DNA of 63,859 nt from Camelus dromedarius (lineage: Eukaryota). The notes under the pieces are model-generated. The model made no database searches, was not told the DNA's origin, and saw nothing but the letters and a program-made list of their open reading frames with translations. Where the stretch lies: assembly GCF_036321535.1 (NCBI RefSeq), contig NC_087472.1:2170001-2233859 (forward strand), in the 5' to 3' direction. Of this stretch, positions 5,515-18,804 are shown one piece after another; positions within the stretch are counted from its first letter, which is position 1; each line of letters begins with the position of its first letter. A program made the translations under genes and the position numbers.

Positions 5515-7433
5515 TTTATTTTATTATACAGTCTTTTTAAAGATTACATTTTATTTACAGTTATGAGAAAATATTGGTTATATACCCCTTGTTCTGCAAT
5601 ACATTCTTGAACCTTCCTTACACCCAATAGTTTGTACTTCCCACTCCCTCACCCCTGTATTGCCCCTTGCCCCTCACCCCTCCCCACTGGTAATCACTAG
5701 TTTGTTCTCTATGAGCCTGCTTCTTCTTTGTTATACTCACTAGTTTGTTGTATTTTTTAGAGTCCACATATAAATTGATATCATACAGTATTTGTCTTTC
5801 TCTGTCTGATTTATTTCACTTAGCATAATGTCCTCCAAGTCCATCCATCTTGCTGNNNNNNNNNNNNNNNNNNNNNNNNNNNNNNNNNNNNNNNNNNNNN
5901 NNNNNNNNNNNNNNNNNNNNNNNNNNNNNNNNNNNNNNNNNNNNNNNNNNNNNNNNNNNNNNNNNNNNNNNNNNNNNNNNNNNNNNNNNNNNNNNTAGAT
6001 AACGCTGCTATGAATATTGGGTGCGTGTATCTTTTCAAATTAGTATCTGGTTTTTTTTTTTGTTTTTTTTTTTTTTTGAGATGTATACCCAGGAATGGAA
6101 TTGCTGGGTCACTTGGTAGTTCTAGTTTTAGTTTTTTGAGAAACGGCATACTGTTTTCCAGAGTGGTCACACCAATTTACATCCCCACCAACAGTGTAGG
6201 AGGGATCCCTTCTCTCCACATCTTCACCAACATTTGCTATTTGCNNNNNNNNNNNNNNNNNNNNNNNNNNNNNNNNNNNNNNNNNNNNNNNNNNNNNNNN
6301 NNNNNNNNNNNNNNNNNNNNNNNNNNNNNNNNNNNNNNNNNNNNNNNNNNNNNNNNNNNNNNNNNNNNNNNNCTTTGGACAAATGTCTATTGTGTTGTTC
6401 TGCCCGTTTTTAGTTGGGTCATTTGTTTTTTTGATGTTGAATTGTATGAGCTGTTTATATATGGTGGTTATTGCTCCCTTGTCAGTTGTAACGTTTGCAA
6501 ATATTTTCTCCCCTTCAGTAGGTTGTTGTTTTAATTTAGTCAGTGGGTTCCCTTGCTGTGCAGAAGCTTTTAAGTATAATTAGGTCCCCGCTGTTTATTT
6601 TTCCTTTTATTTCCTTTGTTTTTGGACATGGATCCAAAAAGTTATTGCTGTAATTTATGTCAGAGAGTGTTCTGCCTATGTTTTCCTCTAGGAGTATTAT
6701 AGTATCCAGTCTTAAATGTAGATCTTTAATCTATTTTGAGTTTATTTTTGTATATGGTGTTAGAGAATGTTCTAAGTTCATTGTTTGACAGGTAGCTGTC
6801 CAGTTTTCCCAGAGCCACTTATTGAAGAGACTGTCTTTTCTCCATTCAATATCCTTGCTTCCTTTGTCGTACATTAATTGACGGTAAGTGTGTGGGTTTA
6901 CTTCTCGCCTCTCTATCCTGTTCCATTGATCTGTGTGTCTGTTTGGGGGCCAGAACCGCACTGTTTTGATTACTACAGCTTTGTAGTATAGTCCAATGTC
7001 AGGGAGCATGATTTCTCCAGCTCTGTTCTTCATTCCCAAGATTGTTTTAGCTATTGGGGTTCTTTTCTTTTTCCAGACACTTTTTTAAATTATTTGTTCT
7101 GGTTCTGAGAAAAATGCCATTGTTATTTTGACAGGGATTGCTTTGAATCTGTAGATTGCCTTGGGTAGTATGGTCACTGGGTTGTTTGGTCAACAACACT
7201 GATTCTTCCAATCCAAGAACACGGTATATCTTTCCATCTGTTGGTGTCATCTTCAGCTTCTTGCATCAGTGTCTTGTAGTTATTGGAGTACAGGTCTTTG
7301 GTCTCCTTAGCTAGGTTTATTACTAGATTATTTATTCTCTTTGATGTGATGGTAAATGGGATTGTTTCCTTAATTTCTCTTTCTGATACTCCTTTGTTAG
7401 TGTGTAAGATGCAACAGATTTCTGTATATTAAT
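5515..7433 (-). mobile_element. 5'-truncated, degenerate LINE-1 (3' UTR plus ORF2 C-terminal part), antisense to MAGE-A
   Basis: Minus-strand remnants [15 protein letters not shown]...DQWNRIE...[13 protein letters not shown]...[10 protein letters not shown] and the Cys-rich [22 protein letters not shown]...LELPSDPAIPFLGI match L1 ORF2. Broken by stops and frameshifts. T-rich remnant tail near 5515. Confidence 0.93.
5856..6372. other. Two N blocks inside each L1 copy (5856-5995 and 6245-6372), probably masking rather than assembly gaps
   Basis: Same flanks in every unit. First block is 140/142/142/140/140/144/140/140 nt; second block is 128 nt wherever counted. Confidence 0.7.
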
Positions 7434-9576
7434 AATAATATTAAATAAGCTTCAGTATCTTAGTTTGTGAATGATATTGATTATACACGTACTGGTACTT
7501 AGGCAGCCCAAGACTGAGTTTTGCTATTTTGTAAAACAAATTGGGAAAGTTTCCATCATACTGTGTCATGCCAAAGTAGGTAACACCGCATCGGAATAGA
7601 AATTTACTTGGAAATGTGAGAGTGATCAGCACTAAAATCGGTGGGGTCAAGAAAGAGAGAAGTAAAAGTAAACGATAGGTAATTATTGGCTCCTTATCCC
7701 TTTTCTTCTGTCAGTCTATAAAATTATAATTATGTGTGTATAACCTGGATTTGTCTGGCTTAGTTAAGAAAGTAGGAGAAAATCAACCTGGATCAGTAGG
7801 ATCCCTGCTCACCATCTCAGTTCATCCGCAGACGTTCACCGAGCCTCTCCTCTCTGGAGGGCTCGGTGTTAGCAGTGGGGACACTCGGAAAAGCAGGACA
7901 GCCCACACCTAGGATAGTCTAGGAGCCGCAGTCACATCGGGAAGTTGGTGAAAGGTCTCCTAAGTCCCATAGGGCAAATAAAAATAGGGCGAGGGGGTGG
8001 GGGTCCGGGAGAGAGCACCCAAGTGTAAGTGCCCAGCGCCAGGGCAGTTCGGGGCTTTGGGAAGCTGGGGGGGAGGTCCTTCTGTGGGAGGTGATGGTAA
8101 TGAAGCTGGGTGGTGGCGGCAGGCAGACGTGCAGACGGCGCTTGTTAGTGGTGAGAGGAACGTGTCAGGTGGGAGATTGCTCTGAGAAGTCCCTCTGGGA
8201 TCGTGGATACATCTCCTGGGCGAGGGGGGAAGGTGTACTTTGTTCAGGGATGCTTAGAGACCTGGTTATCCTGCCTGAGCTGCTAGGACACTCAGAATGC
8301 TCCAACTGCAGGGAGGAGTGGCGTTTGACGTGGCTCACAGTGTACTCCGTCCTGGCATATATAGTTGAAGAGGTTTGGTAACCGCCCCAAACTTGGGGTA
8401 GGATTTACTGGGGTGTGTTCTTGGAAACGGTCTGCTGGACACTTACACTGATGGGTCAGCTCCCCTCGATGGTCAGAATCCAAAGCCATAGATGAGGAAT
8501 GGTCCTGGACATCGCAGGGAGGAAACACCCACCGAGGCTGAATTCCAAACAGGGAATCCACCTCCGGCCCTCCCGACAGCCCTGGGAGACCCCCGGGCAC
8601 GGGGTCCGGATGTGACGGGCGCTGATGCCCCCTCCCTGGGGGGTGAGAGAGGTGAGGGCCTGGGTGAGGGAGGCCGGCTTCAGGTCTGCACAGGGAAGGA
8701 GCCCAGCGCTGCCAGGAGTCAAGGTAGAACCGTGTGGAGGGACTCGGGTTGCAGGGAATCCAGGTCGGTTCTGCTGTCAGCCCTGGGAGACCGCAGGCAG
8801 GGTTGCGGGGATCAGTGCCCCAACCCCCACCCCCGCTTCCCTCTCGGGGGTCCTGGCTGTGGAGGGGCCTGGGTCCAAGGGGAGCAAACTGAGGTGGGCA
8901 GAGGGAGGGGCCCAGGCCCAGCCTGGAGCCCAGGTGAGGAGCAGAGGGAAGGCTGAGGGACCCCCGGGGAATCCATCTCAGCGCCTGGCGTCCACAGTCC
9001 TGGGAAGCCCTGGGCTTGGTGGCCTGCTGTGAGTCCACAGACGCCCCTGGGGGTCTCTGGGCAGTGAGGGCCTTGGTGTGAAGGTGTGGGCTCGGCTCAA
9101 CAAGGGGGCGTCCCAGGACCCGCCGGGGCTCAAGGTGAGGACCCTGACGGAGGACAGCATGGGCCCCACAGATCCCCGCCCCTGCTGTCAGCCCTGGGAG
9201 GGCCTGGGTGGGATGAGCACTCGTGGGGCCCTGACTTCCTCACACCCGGGTCTCCGAGGGACGGGGGTCCTGCGATGAGGGGCGGGGCCTCGGGTGGCCA
9301 GAGGCTAGACGACACGACGCCTAAGTGACGACCCTGAGGGAAAACTGAGGGGACCCCGAACCCGGAAAAGAGGCCATCCCACAGAAAGGGGCCCTTGCTA
9401 TCAGCTGTCCGGAGGCCCGAGGGCAGGACAGGCCCCCGAGTTGTGTCGTGACTGCGGCACCCTGGTCTCACAGAGACCGGGGACTTCGTGTGAGATGAGG
9501 GGGGGACCCTCAGATCTGCAGAGGAGAGAATCCCAGGTCCCACTGGGAGTGAAGGTGACGACCGCGAGCGAGCAGT

Positions 9577-10308
9577 GAGGGACCCTGGACCCCAAAACAC
9601 AGTCGGTCCTGGGAGGCCATAGGTCGGAATAAGCACCGGCGGCGTTTCCCGCCATCCGGGTCTCGGAGGGACTGGGGTCCTGGGATGAGGGGCGGGGCTT
9701 CGGGGGTTCCAAGGGGAGGCTACATGCCGCCTGAGTCAAAGTGAGGACCCCGAGGGAGAACGGAGGGACCCTGGACCCCAAAACACAGTCGGTCCTGGGA
9801 GGCCATAGGTCGGAATAAGCACCGGCGGCATTTCCCGCCATCCGGGTCTCGGAGGGACTGGGGTCCTGGGATGAGGGGCGGGGCTTCGGGGGTTCCAAGG
9901 GGAGGCTACATGCCGCCTGAGTCAAAGTGAGGACCCCGAGGGAGAACGGAGGGATCCTGGACCCCAAGACAGTGTTGGATCTTGGAGGCCTAGGGGCAGG
10001 GTGACCACCTGCGGCGTTTCCTGCCATCCGGGTCTCGGAGGGACTGGGGTCCTGGGATGAGGGGCGGGGCCTCGGGGGCTCCAAGGGGAGGCTATCTGCC
10101 GCCTGAGTCAAAGTGAGGACCCCGAGGGGGAACGGACGGATCTTGCACCCCGGGACAGTGTTGGACCTTGGAGGCCTTGGGGCAGGGTGACCACCTGCGG
10201 CGTTTCCTGCCATCCGGGTCTCGGAGGGACTGGGGTCATGGGATGAGGGGCGGGGCCTCGGGGGCTCCAAGGGGAGGCTACATGCCGCCTGAGTCAAAGT
10301 GAGGACCC
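9577..10308. repeat. 186-bp VNTR, unit 2, 4 copies (A,A,B,C)
   Basis: GT at 9741, 9927, 10113, 10299. Confidence 0.95.
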
Positions 10309-11531
10309 TCAAGCAGGAAGGAGGGGCCCCTGAACCCAGAAAAGTGGCCATCCCACAGAGAGTCGCCCTTGCTTTCAGCTGTCCGGCGGCCCGAGGGGAC
10401 GACAGCCCACGTGGTTTGTCCTGACTTCCGCATCCGAGTCTCAGACAGACCTGGGACATAGTGAAAGGGCGGGGGCCTCAGGTCTGCGGAGGAGAGAATC
10501 TCAGGGCCGCCTGGGAGTGAAGGTGACGACCGCGAGTTAGCATTCAGGGACCCTGGACCCCAAAACAGAGTCAGTCCTGGGAGGCCATGGGGCGGGAGGA
10601 CCTCGGGCAGCAGTTCCTGAAATGCGGGTCTCAGAGGGACTGGGGTCTTGGTATGACGGGCGGGGCCTCAGGTGGGCTGAGAGGGGAATCCCAGGTCCTG
10701 CCAGGAGTCAAGGTGACCCCGAGGGAGGAGTGAGGGACCCGAGATCCCAGAACAGAGGGGACGCAACCGATCCTGCCCCTGCTGTCAGCCCTGGGAGGCC
10801 TCAATGCGGGATGAGCACACGTGGTGTGTCCTGACTTCGGCATCCAGGGCTCAGAGAGACCGGGGACCTACTATCAGGATGGGGCCCTCAGGTGGTTGCA
10901 GAGCAGAATCCCAGGTCCCGCTTGGAGTCCCGGTGAGGACCCTGAGTTAGCGCGGACAGGACCTCCCACCCTAGAAGAGTGGGAACCTGCCAGAGCCCAG
11001 GCCTCCTGCCAGCACGCGGGTCCAGGGCTGTGCCACAGTGTAGATCCGAGGTCTCCCCTCCTTTCTCTCCCAGGGGCTCCAGACACCGGGAAGGCCTAGG
11101 TCTGAGACACGTGTTCTCGGGTCACAGAGCACAGGAGGCTGGCAGTGCCAGGACTGAAGGTGAGGTGTGGGCCCTGAGTGTGTACCCGGGGGCTCCCGGA
11201 ACAGAGGGGACCCCGCGAGGCCAACGTCCACTCCACACACCCCGTGTTGCCCCCAGAACCTCGGGCTGTGCCGGCTGCACCCTGAGGAGCCGCCTCACTT
11301 CCCCCGTCAGGTTCACAGACGACCGTCCACCAGGAGGAGAGCCCCTGTGAGGCCGAGGGCACCCCTGAAGAGGAGACCTGTAAGTAGCCTTTGTCAGAGC
11401 CCCCCACGGTGGGTTTCTCAGCCCGGGCCACTGACACTCCCTTTCTTCCCCAGGCCCGTGGGTCCCCATCTGTCACCCCTGCCCTCGCTGCTCTCAGCTG
11501 CCCGACACCACTCACCGTGCCTCCCGTTCAG

Positions 11532-12530
11532 ATGCGTGACCTCCACCACACTGAAGCCGACTTTCACGACCCAAGAGAGGCTGAGGATTCCGAGGATGAG
11601 CAGGACATTTGGGTTGAGGAGGAGGAGGGCGCATCCCCGTTGTCTCCCTCCTCCTCCTCCTCCTCCTCCTCCTTCTCCTCCTCGTCTTCCTACTCAGTCC
11701 TGTTCCTGGGCAGTGGCGAGGAGGTGGCTGATTCTGGGACACCCAGTCCCGCGCAGAGCCCTCAGGGTGTCTGCCCCTCCCCCACAGCCGTGGCAGCCCC
11801 TCCCTGGAGCCAGTCGGAAGACAATGGCCTCAGAAGCCAAGGTGAGGAGGGGCCCAGCACCGGGCAGGACCCGGCAGATGCCGAGTCCCGGCTCCACGAT
11901 GCATTACATTTGATGATGGTTGACCTGATGGGCTTCCTGCTCCACAAGTACCGCACAAAGCAGCCGACCTCAAAAGAGGAAATGCTGAATGCGGTCCTCA
12001 GAGATGACCGGGACCACTTCCCTGCGGTCTTGAGCCAAGCCTCTGAGTGTCTGCAGCTGGTCTTTGGGGTGGATGTGAAGGAGGTGGACCCCAGGGAGCA
12101 CTTGTATGTCCTGGTCCCCACCCTGGGCCTCACCTACGATGGCATGCAGGACGATGGGCAGAGCATTCCCAAGACTGGCCTCCTGCTGATACTTCTGGGT
12201 GTGATTGTCCTGGAGGGCGACTTTGCTCCTGAGGAGGCAGTCTGGGGAGCACTTAGCAAGATGGGGCTGTGTGCTGGGAGGGAGCACTTCATCTATGGGG
12301 AGCCCAGGGAGCTCATCACCAACGTGTGGGTGCGGGAGGGGTACGTGGAGTACCGGCAGGTGGCCAACAGCGATCCCGCTCGCCACGAGTTCCTGTGGGG
12401 TCCCCGGGCCTACACGGAGACCAGCAAGCTGCAAGTCCTGGAACATTTCCTCAGGATCAATAGAAGGGGTCCCAGTTCTTTCCCGTCCCTGTCTGAAGAG
12501 CGAGTGAGTGATGAGGAAGAGGGGGCCTGA
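11532..12530 (+). CDS. MAGEA: MAGE-A family protein, copy 2, 332 aa (8-Ser tract, DDRDH)
   Basis: Same protein as copy 1 except for poly-Ser length; intact frame. Confidence 0.95.
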   Translation: MRDLHHTEADFHDPREAEDSEDEQDIWVEEEEGASPLSPSSSSSSSSFSSSSSYSVLFLGSGEEVADSGTPSPAQSPQGVCPSPTAVAAPPWSQSEDNGLRSQGEEGPSTGQDPADAESRLHDALHLMMVDLMGFLLHKYRTKQPTSKEEMLNAVLRDDRDHFPAVLSQASECLQLVFGVDVKEVDPREHLYVLVPTLGLTYDGMQDDGQSIPKTGLLLILLGVIVLEGDFAPEEAVWGALSKMGLCAGREHFIYGEPRELITNVWVREGYVEYRQVANSDPARHEFLWGPRAYTETSKLQVLEHFLRINRRGPSSFPSLSEERVSDEEEGA

Positions 12531-12785
12531 GCCAGACTTGCAGCTGGGCTCCTTCTAGGCCCCTGTCCGGCAGCTTCTCCTGCCGGGCAGGAAGTGAGGC
12601 TGACTCTTCACTGTGTGTCTGAGGAGCAAGGAGTCAGCATCCTAAGTAGTGAGGGCCCGGGCCAGTGGGGGGGACACGGTGTACAGCATCTCTGGGCTCC
12701 TGTTCTCTACAATGATATGGAAGTTCATCTTCATTTCCTTTAGTGATGTTTCAGATGTTATTCGTTTTAATAAATATCAATATAC

Positions 12786-14706
12786 TTTATTTTATTATAC
12801 AGTCTTTTTAAAGATTACATTTTATTTACAGTTATGAGAAAATATTGGTTATATACCCCTTGTTCTGCAATACATTCTTGAACCTTCCTTACACCCAATA
12901 GTTTGTACTTCCCACTCCCTCACCCCTGTATTGCCCCTTGCCCCTCACCCCTCCCCACTGGTAATCACTAGTTTGTTCTCTATGAGCCTGCTTCTTCTTT
13001 GTTATACTCACTAGTTTGTTGTATTTTTTAGAGTCCACATATAAATTGATATCATACAGTATTTGTCTTTCTCTGTCTGATTTATTTCACTTAGCATAAT
13101 GTCCTCCAAGTCCATCCATCTTGCTGNNNNNNNNNNNNNNNNNNNNNNNNNNNNNNNNNNNNNNNNNNNNNNNNNNNNNNNNNNNNNNNNNNNNNNNNNN
13201 NNNNNNNNNNNNNNNNNNNNNNNNNNNNNNNNNNNNNNNNNNNNNNNNNNNNNNNNNNNNNNNNNNNNTAGATAACGCTGCTATGAATATTGGGTGCGTG
13301 TATCTTTTCAAATTAGTATCTGGTTTTTTTTTTTGTTTTTTTTTTTTTTTGAGATGTATACCCAGGAATGGAATTGCTGGGTCACTTGGTAGTTCTAGTT
13401 TTAGTTTTTTGAGAAACGGCATACTGTTTTCCAGAGTGGTCACACCAATTTACATCCCCACCAACAGTGTAGGAGGGATCCCTTCTCTCCACATCTTCAC
13501 CAACATTTGCTATTTGCNNNNNNNNNNNNNNNNNNNNNNNNNNNNNNNNNNNNNNNNNNNNNNNNNNNNNNNNNNNNNNNNNNNNNNNNNNNNNNNNNNN
13601 NNNNNNNNNNNNNNNNNNNNNNNNNNNNNNNNNNNNNNNNNNNNNCTTTGGACAAATGTCTATTGTGTTGTTCTGCCCGTTTTTAGTTGGGTCATTTGTT
13701 TTTTTGATGTTGAATTGTATGAGCTGTTTATATATGGTGGTTATTGCTCCCTTGTCAGTTGTAACGTTTGCAAATATTTTCTCCCCTTCAGTAGGTTGTT
13801 GTTTTAATTTAGTCAGTGGGTTCCCTTGCTGTGCAGAAGCTTTTAAGTATAATTAGGTCCCCGCTGTTTATTTTTCCTTTTATTTCCTTTGTTTTTGGAC
13901 ATGGATCCAAAAAGTTATTGCTGTAATTTATGTCAGAGAGTGTTCTGCCTATGTTTTCCTCTAGGAGTATTATAGTATCCAGTCTTAAATGTAGATCTTT
14001 AATCTATTTTGAGTTTATTTTTGTATATGGTGTTAGAGAATGTTCTAAGTTCATTGTTTGACAGGTAGCTGTCCAGTTTTCCCAGAGCCACTTATTGAAG
14101 AGACTGTCTTTTCTCCATTCAATATCCTTGCTTCCTTTGTCGTACATTAATTGACGGTAAGTGTGTGGGTTTACTTCTCGCCTCTCTATCCTGTTCCATT
14201 GATCTGTGTGTCTGTTTGGGGGCCAGAACCGCACTGTTTTGATTACTACAGCTTTGTAGTATAGTCCAATGTCAGGGAGCATGATTTCTCCAGCTCTGTT
14301 CTTCATTCCCAAGATTGTTTTAGCTATTGGGGTTCTTTTCTTTTTCCAGACACTTTTTTAAATTATTTGTTCTGGTTCTGAGAAAAATGCCATTGTTATT
14401 TTGACAGGGATTGCTTTGAATCTGTAGATTGCCTTGGGTAGTATGGTCACTGGGTTGTTTGGTCAACAACACTGATTCTTCCAATCCAAGAACACGGTAT
14501 ATCTTTCCATCTGTTGGTGTCATCTTCAGCTTCTTGCATCAGTGTCTTGTAGTTATTGGAGTACAGGTCTTTGGTCTCCTTAGCTAGGTTTATTACTAGA
14601 TTATTTATTCTCTTTGATGTGATGGTAAATGGGATTGTTTCCTTAATTTCTCTTTCTGATACTCCTTTGTTAGTGTGTAAGATGCAACAGATTTCTGTAT
14701 ATTAAT
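12786..14706 (-). mobile_element. LINE-1 remnant, copy after gene 2
   Basis: Near-identical to 5515-7433. Confidence 0.93.
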
Positions 14707-16849
14707 AATAATATTAAATAAGCTTCAGTATCTTAGTTTGTGAATGATATTGATTATACACGTACTGGTACTTAGGCAGCCCAAGACTGAGTTTTGCTAT
14801 TTTGTAAAACAAATTGGGAAAGTTTCCATCATACTGTGTCATGCCAAAGTAGGTAACACCGCATCGGAATAGAAATTTACTTGGAAATGTGAGAGTGATC
14901 AGCACTAAAATCGGTGGGGTCAAGAAAGAGAGAAGTAAAAGTAAACGATAGGTAATTATTGGCTCCTTATCCCTTTTCTTCTGTCAGTCTATAAAATTAT
15001 AATTATGTGTGTATAACCTGGATTTGTCTGGCTTAGTTAAGAAAGTAGGAGAAAATCAACCTGGATCAGTAGGATCCCTGCTCACCATCTCAGTTCATCC
15101 GCAGACGTTCACCGAGCCTCTCCTCTCTGGAGGGCTCGGTGTTAGCAGTGGGGACACTCGGAAAAGCAGGACAGCCCACACCTAGGATAGTCTAGGAGCC
15201 GCAGTCACATCGGGAAGTTGGTGAAAGGTCTCCTAAGTCCCATAGGGCAAATAAAAATAGGGCGAGGGGGTGGGGGTCCGGGAGAGAGCACCCAAGTGTA
15301 AGTGCCCAGCGCCAGGGCAGTTCGGGGCTTTGGGAAGCTGGGGGGGAGGTCCTTCTGTGGGAGGTGATGGTAATGAAGCTGGGTGGTGGCGGCAGGCAGA
15401 CGTGCAGACGGCGCTTGTTAGTGGTGAGAGGAACGTGTCAGGTGGGAGATTGCTCTGAGAAGTCCCTCTGGGATCGTGGATACATCTCCTGGGCGAGGGG
15501 GGAAGGTGTACTTTGTTCAGGGATGCTTAGAGACCTGGTTATCCTGCCTGAGCTGCTAGGACACTCAGAATGCTCCAACTGCAGGGAGGAGTGGCGTTTG
15601 ACGTGGCTCACAGTGTACTCCGTCCTGGCATATATAGTTGAAGAGGTTTGGTAACCGCCCCAAACTTGGGGTAGGATTTACTGGGGTGTGTTCTTGGAAA
15701 CGGTCTGCTGGACACTTACACTGATGGGTCAGCTCCCCTCGATGGTCAGAATCCAAAGCCATAGATGAGGAATGGTCCTGGACATCGCAGGGAGGAAACA
15801 CCCACCGAGGCTGAATTCCAAACAGGGAATCCACCTCCGGCCCTCCCGACAGCCCTGGGAGACCCCCGGGCACGGGGTCCGGATGTGACGGGCGCTGATG
15901 CCCCCTCCCTGGGGGGTGAGAGAGGTGAGGGCCTGGGTGAGGGAGGCCGGCTTCAGGTCTGCACAGGGAAGGAGCCCAGCGCTGCCAGGAGTCAAGGTAG
16001 AACCGTGTGGAGGGACTCGGGTTGCAGGGAATCCAGGTCGGTTCTGCTGTCAGCCCTGGGAGACCGCAGGCAGGGTTGCGGGGATCAGTGCCCCAACCCC
16101 CACCCCCGCTTCCCTCTCGGGGGTCCTGGCTGTGGAGGGGCCTGGGTCCAAGGGGAGCAAACTGAGGTGGGCAGAGGGAGGGGCCCAGGCCCAGCCTGGA
16201 GCCCAGGTGAGGAGCAGAGGGAAGGCTGAGGGACCCCCGGGGAATCCATCTCAGCGCCTGGCGTCCACAGTCCTGGGAAGCCCTGGGCTTGGTGGCCTGC
16301 TGTGAGTCCACAGACGCCCCTGGGGGTCTCTGGGCAGTGAGGGCCTTGGTGTGAAGGTGTGGGCTCGGCTCAACAAGGGGGCGTCCCAGGACCCGCCGGG
16401 GCTCAAGGTGAGGACCCTGACGGAGGACAGCATGGGCCCCACAGATCCCCGCCCCTGCTGTCAGCCCTGGGAGGGCCTGGGTGGGATGAGCACTCGTGGG
16501 GCCCTGACTTCCTCACACCCGGGTCTCCGAGGGACGGGGGTCCTGCGATGAGGGGCGGGGCCTCGGGTGGCCAGAGGCTAGACGACACGACGCCTAAGTG
16601 ACGACCCTGAGGGAAAACTGAGGGGACCCCGAACCCGGAAAAGAGGCCATCCCACAGAAAGGGGCCCTTGCTATCAGCTGTCCGGAGGCCCGAGGGCAGG
16701 ACAGGCCCCCGAGTTGTGTCGTGACTGCGGCACCCTGGTCTCACAGAGACCGGGGACTTCGTGTGAGATGAGGGGGGGACCCTCAGATCTGCAGAGGAGA
16801 GAATCCCAGGTCCCACTGGGAGTGAAGGTGACGACCGCGAGCGAGCAGT

Positions 16850-17581
16850 GAGGGACCCTGGACCCCAAAACACAGTCGGTCCTGGGAGGCCATAGGTCGG
16901 AATAAGCACCGGCGGCGTTTCCCGCCATCCGGGTCTCGGAGGGACTGGGGTCCTGGGATGAGGGGCGGGGCTTCGGGGGTTCCAAGGGGAGGCTACATGC
17001 CGCCTGAGTCAAAGTGAGGACCCCGAGGGAGAACGGAGGGACCCTGGACCCCAAAACACAGTCGGTCCTGGGAGGCCATAGGTCGGAATAAGCACCGGCG
17101 GCATTTCCCGCCATCCGGGTCTCGGAGGGACTGGGGTCCTGGGATGAGGGGCGGGGCTTCGGGGGTTCCAAGGGGAGGCTACATGCCGCCTGAGTCAAAG
17201 TGAGGACCCCGAGGGAGAACGGAGGGATCCTGGACCCCAAGACAGTGTTGGATCTTGGAGGCCTTGGGGCAGGGTGACCACCTGCGGCGTTTCCTGCCAT
17301 CCGGGTCTCGGAGGGACTGGGGTCCTGGGATGAGGGGCGGGGCCTCGGGGGCTCCAAGGGGAGGCTATCTGCCGCCTGAGTCAAAGTGAGGACCCCGAGG
17401 GGGAACGGACGGATCTTGCACCCCGGGACAGTGTTGGACCTTGGAGGCCTTGGGGCAGGGTGACCACCTGCGGCGTTTCCTGCCATCCGGGTCTCGGAGG
17501 GACTGGGGTCATGGGATGAGGGGCGGGGCCTCGGGGGCTCCAAGGGGAGGCTACATGCCGCCTGAGTCAAAGTGAGGACCC
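16850..17581. repeat. 186-bp VNTR, unit 3, 4 copies (A,A,B,C)
   Basis: Four copies, same order as unit 2. Confidence 0.95.
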
Positions 17582-18804
17582 TCAAGCAGGAAGGAGGGGC
17601 CCCTGAACCCAGAAAAGTGGCCATCCCACAGAGAGTCGCCCTTGCTTTCAGCTGTCCGGCGGCCCGAGGGGACGACAGCCCACGTGGTTTGTCCTGACTT
17701 CCGCATCCGAGTCTCAGACAGACCTGGGACATAGTGAAAGGGCGGGGGCCTCAGGTCTGCGGAGGAGAGAATCTCAGGGCCGCCTGGGAGTGAAGGTGAC
17801 GACCGCGAGTTAGCATTCAGGGACCCTGGACCCCAAAACAGAGTCAGTCCTGGGAGGCCATGGGGCGGGAGGACCTCGGGCAGCAGTTCCTGAAATGCGG
17901 GTCTCAGAGGGACTGGGGTCTTGGTATGACGGGCGGGGCCTCAGGTGGGCTGAGAGGGGAATCCCAGGTCCTGCCAGGAGTCAAGGTGACCCCGAGGGAG
18001 GAGTGAGGGACCCGAGATCCCAGAACAGAGGGGACGCAACCGATCCTGCCCCTGCTGTCAGCCCTGGGAGGCCTCAATGCGGGATGAGCACACGTGGTGT
18101 GTCCTGACTTCGGCATCCAGGGCTCAGAGAGACCGGGGACCTACTATCAGGATGGGGCCCTCAGGTGGTTGCAGAGCAGAATCCCAGGTCCCGCTTGGAG
18201 TCCCGGTGAGGACCCTGAGTTAGCGCGGACAGGACCTCCCACCCTAGAAGAGTGGGAACCTGCCAGAGCCCAGGCCTCCTGCCAGCACGCGGGTCCAGGG
18301 CTGTGCCACAGTGTAGATCCGAGGTCTCCCCTCCTTTCTCTCCCAGGGGCTCCAGACACCGGGAAGGCCTAGGTCTGAGACACGTGTTCTCGGGTCACAG
18401 AGCACAGGAGGCTGGCAGTGCCAGGACTGAAGGTGAGGTGTGGGCCCTGAGTGTGTACCCGGGGGCTCCCAGAACAGAGGGGACCCCGCGAGGCCAACGT
18501 CCACTCCACACACCCCGTGTTGCCCCCAGAACCTCGGGCTGTGCCGGCTGCACCCTGAGGAGCCGCCTCACTTCCCCCGTCAGGTTCACAGACGACCGTC
18601 CACCAGGAGGAGAGCCCCTGTGAGGCCGAGGGCACCCCTGAAGAGGAGACCTGTAAGTAGCCTTTGTCAGAGCCCCCCACGGTGGGTTTCTCAGCCCGGG
18701 CCACTGACACTCCCTTTCTTCCCCAGGCCCGTGGGTCCCCATCTGTCACCCCTGCCCTCGCTGCTCTCAGCTGCCCGACACCACTCACCGTGCCTCCCGT
18801 TCAG

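Noticed and set aside
6051-6077. Poly-T tract with 1-nt differences between units
   Set aside because: Homopolymer inside dead L1; differences are within typical slippage or sequencing error.
5856-6372. N runs as assembly gaps implying unresolved junctions between units
   Set aside because: They lie at the same two L1 positions in every unit, with near-constant lengths; this fits masking.
6731-7039. 102-aa minus-strand ORF as a functional gene or active L1 ORF2
   Set aside because: A fragment of a 5'-truncated L1 with stops and frameshifts on both sides; no ORF1, endonuclease or complete RT.
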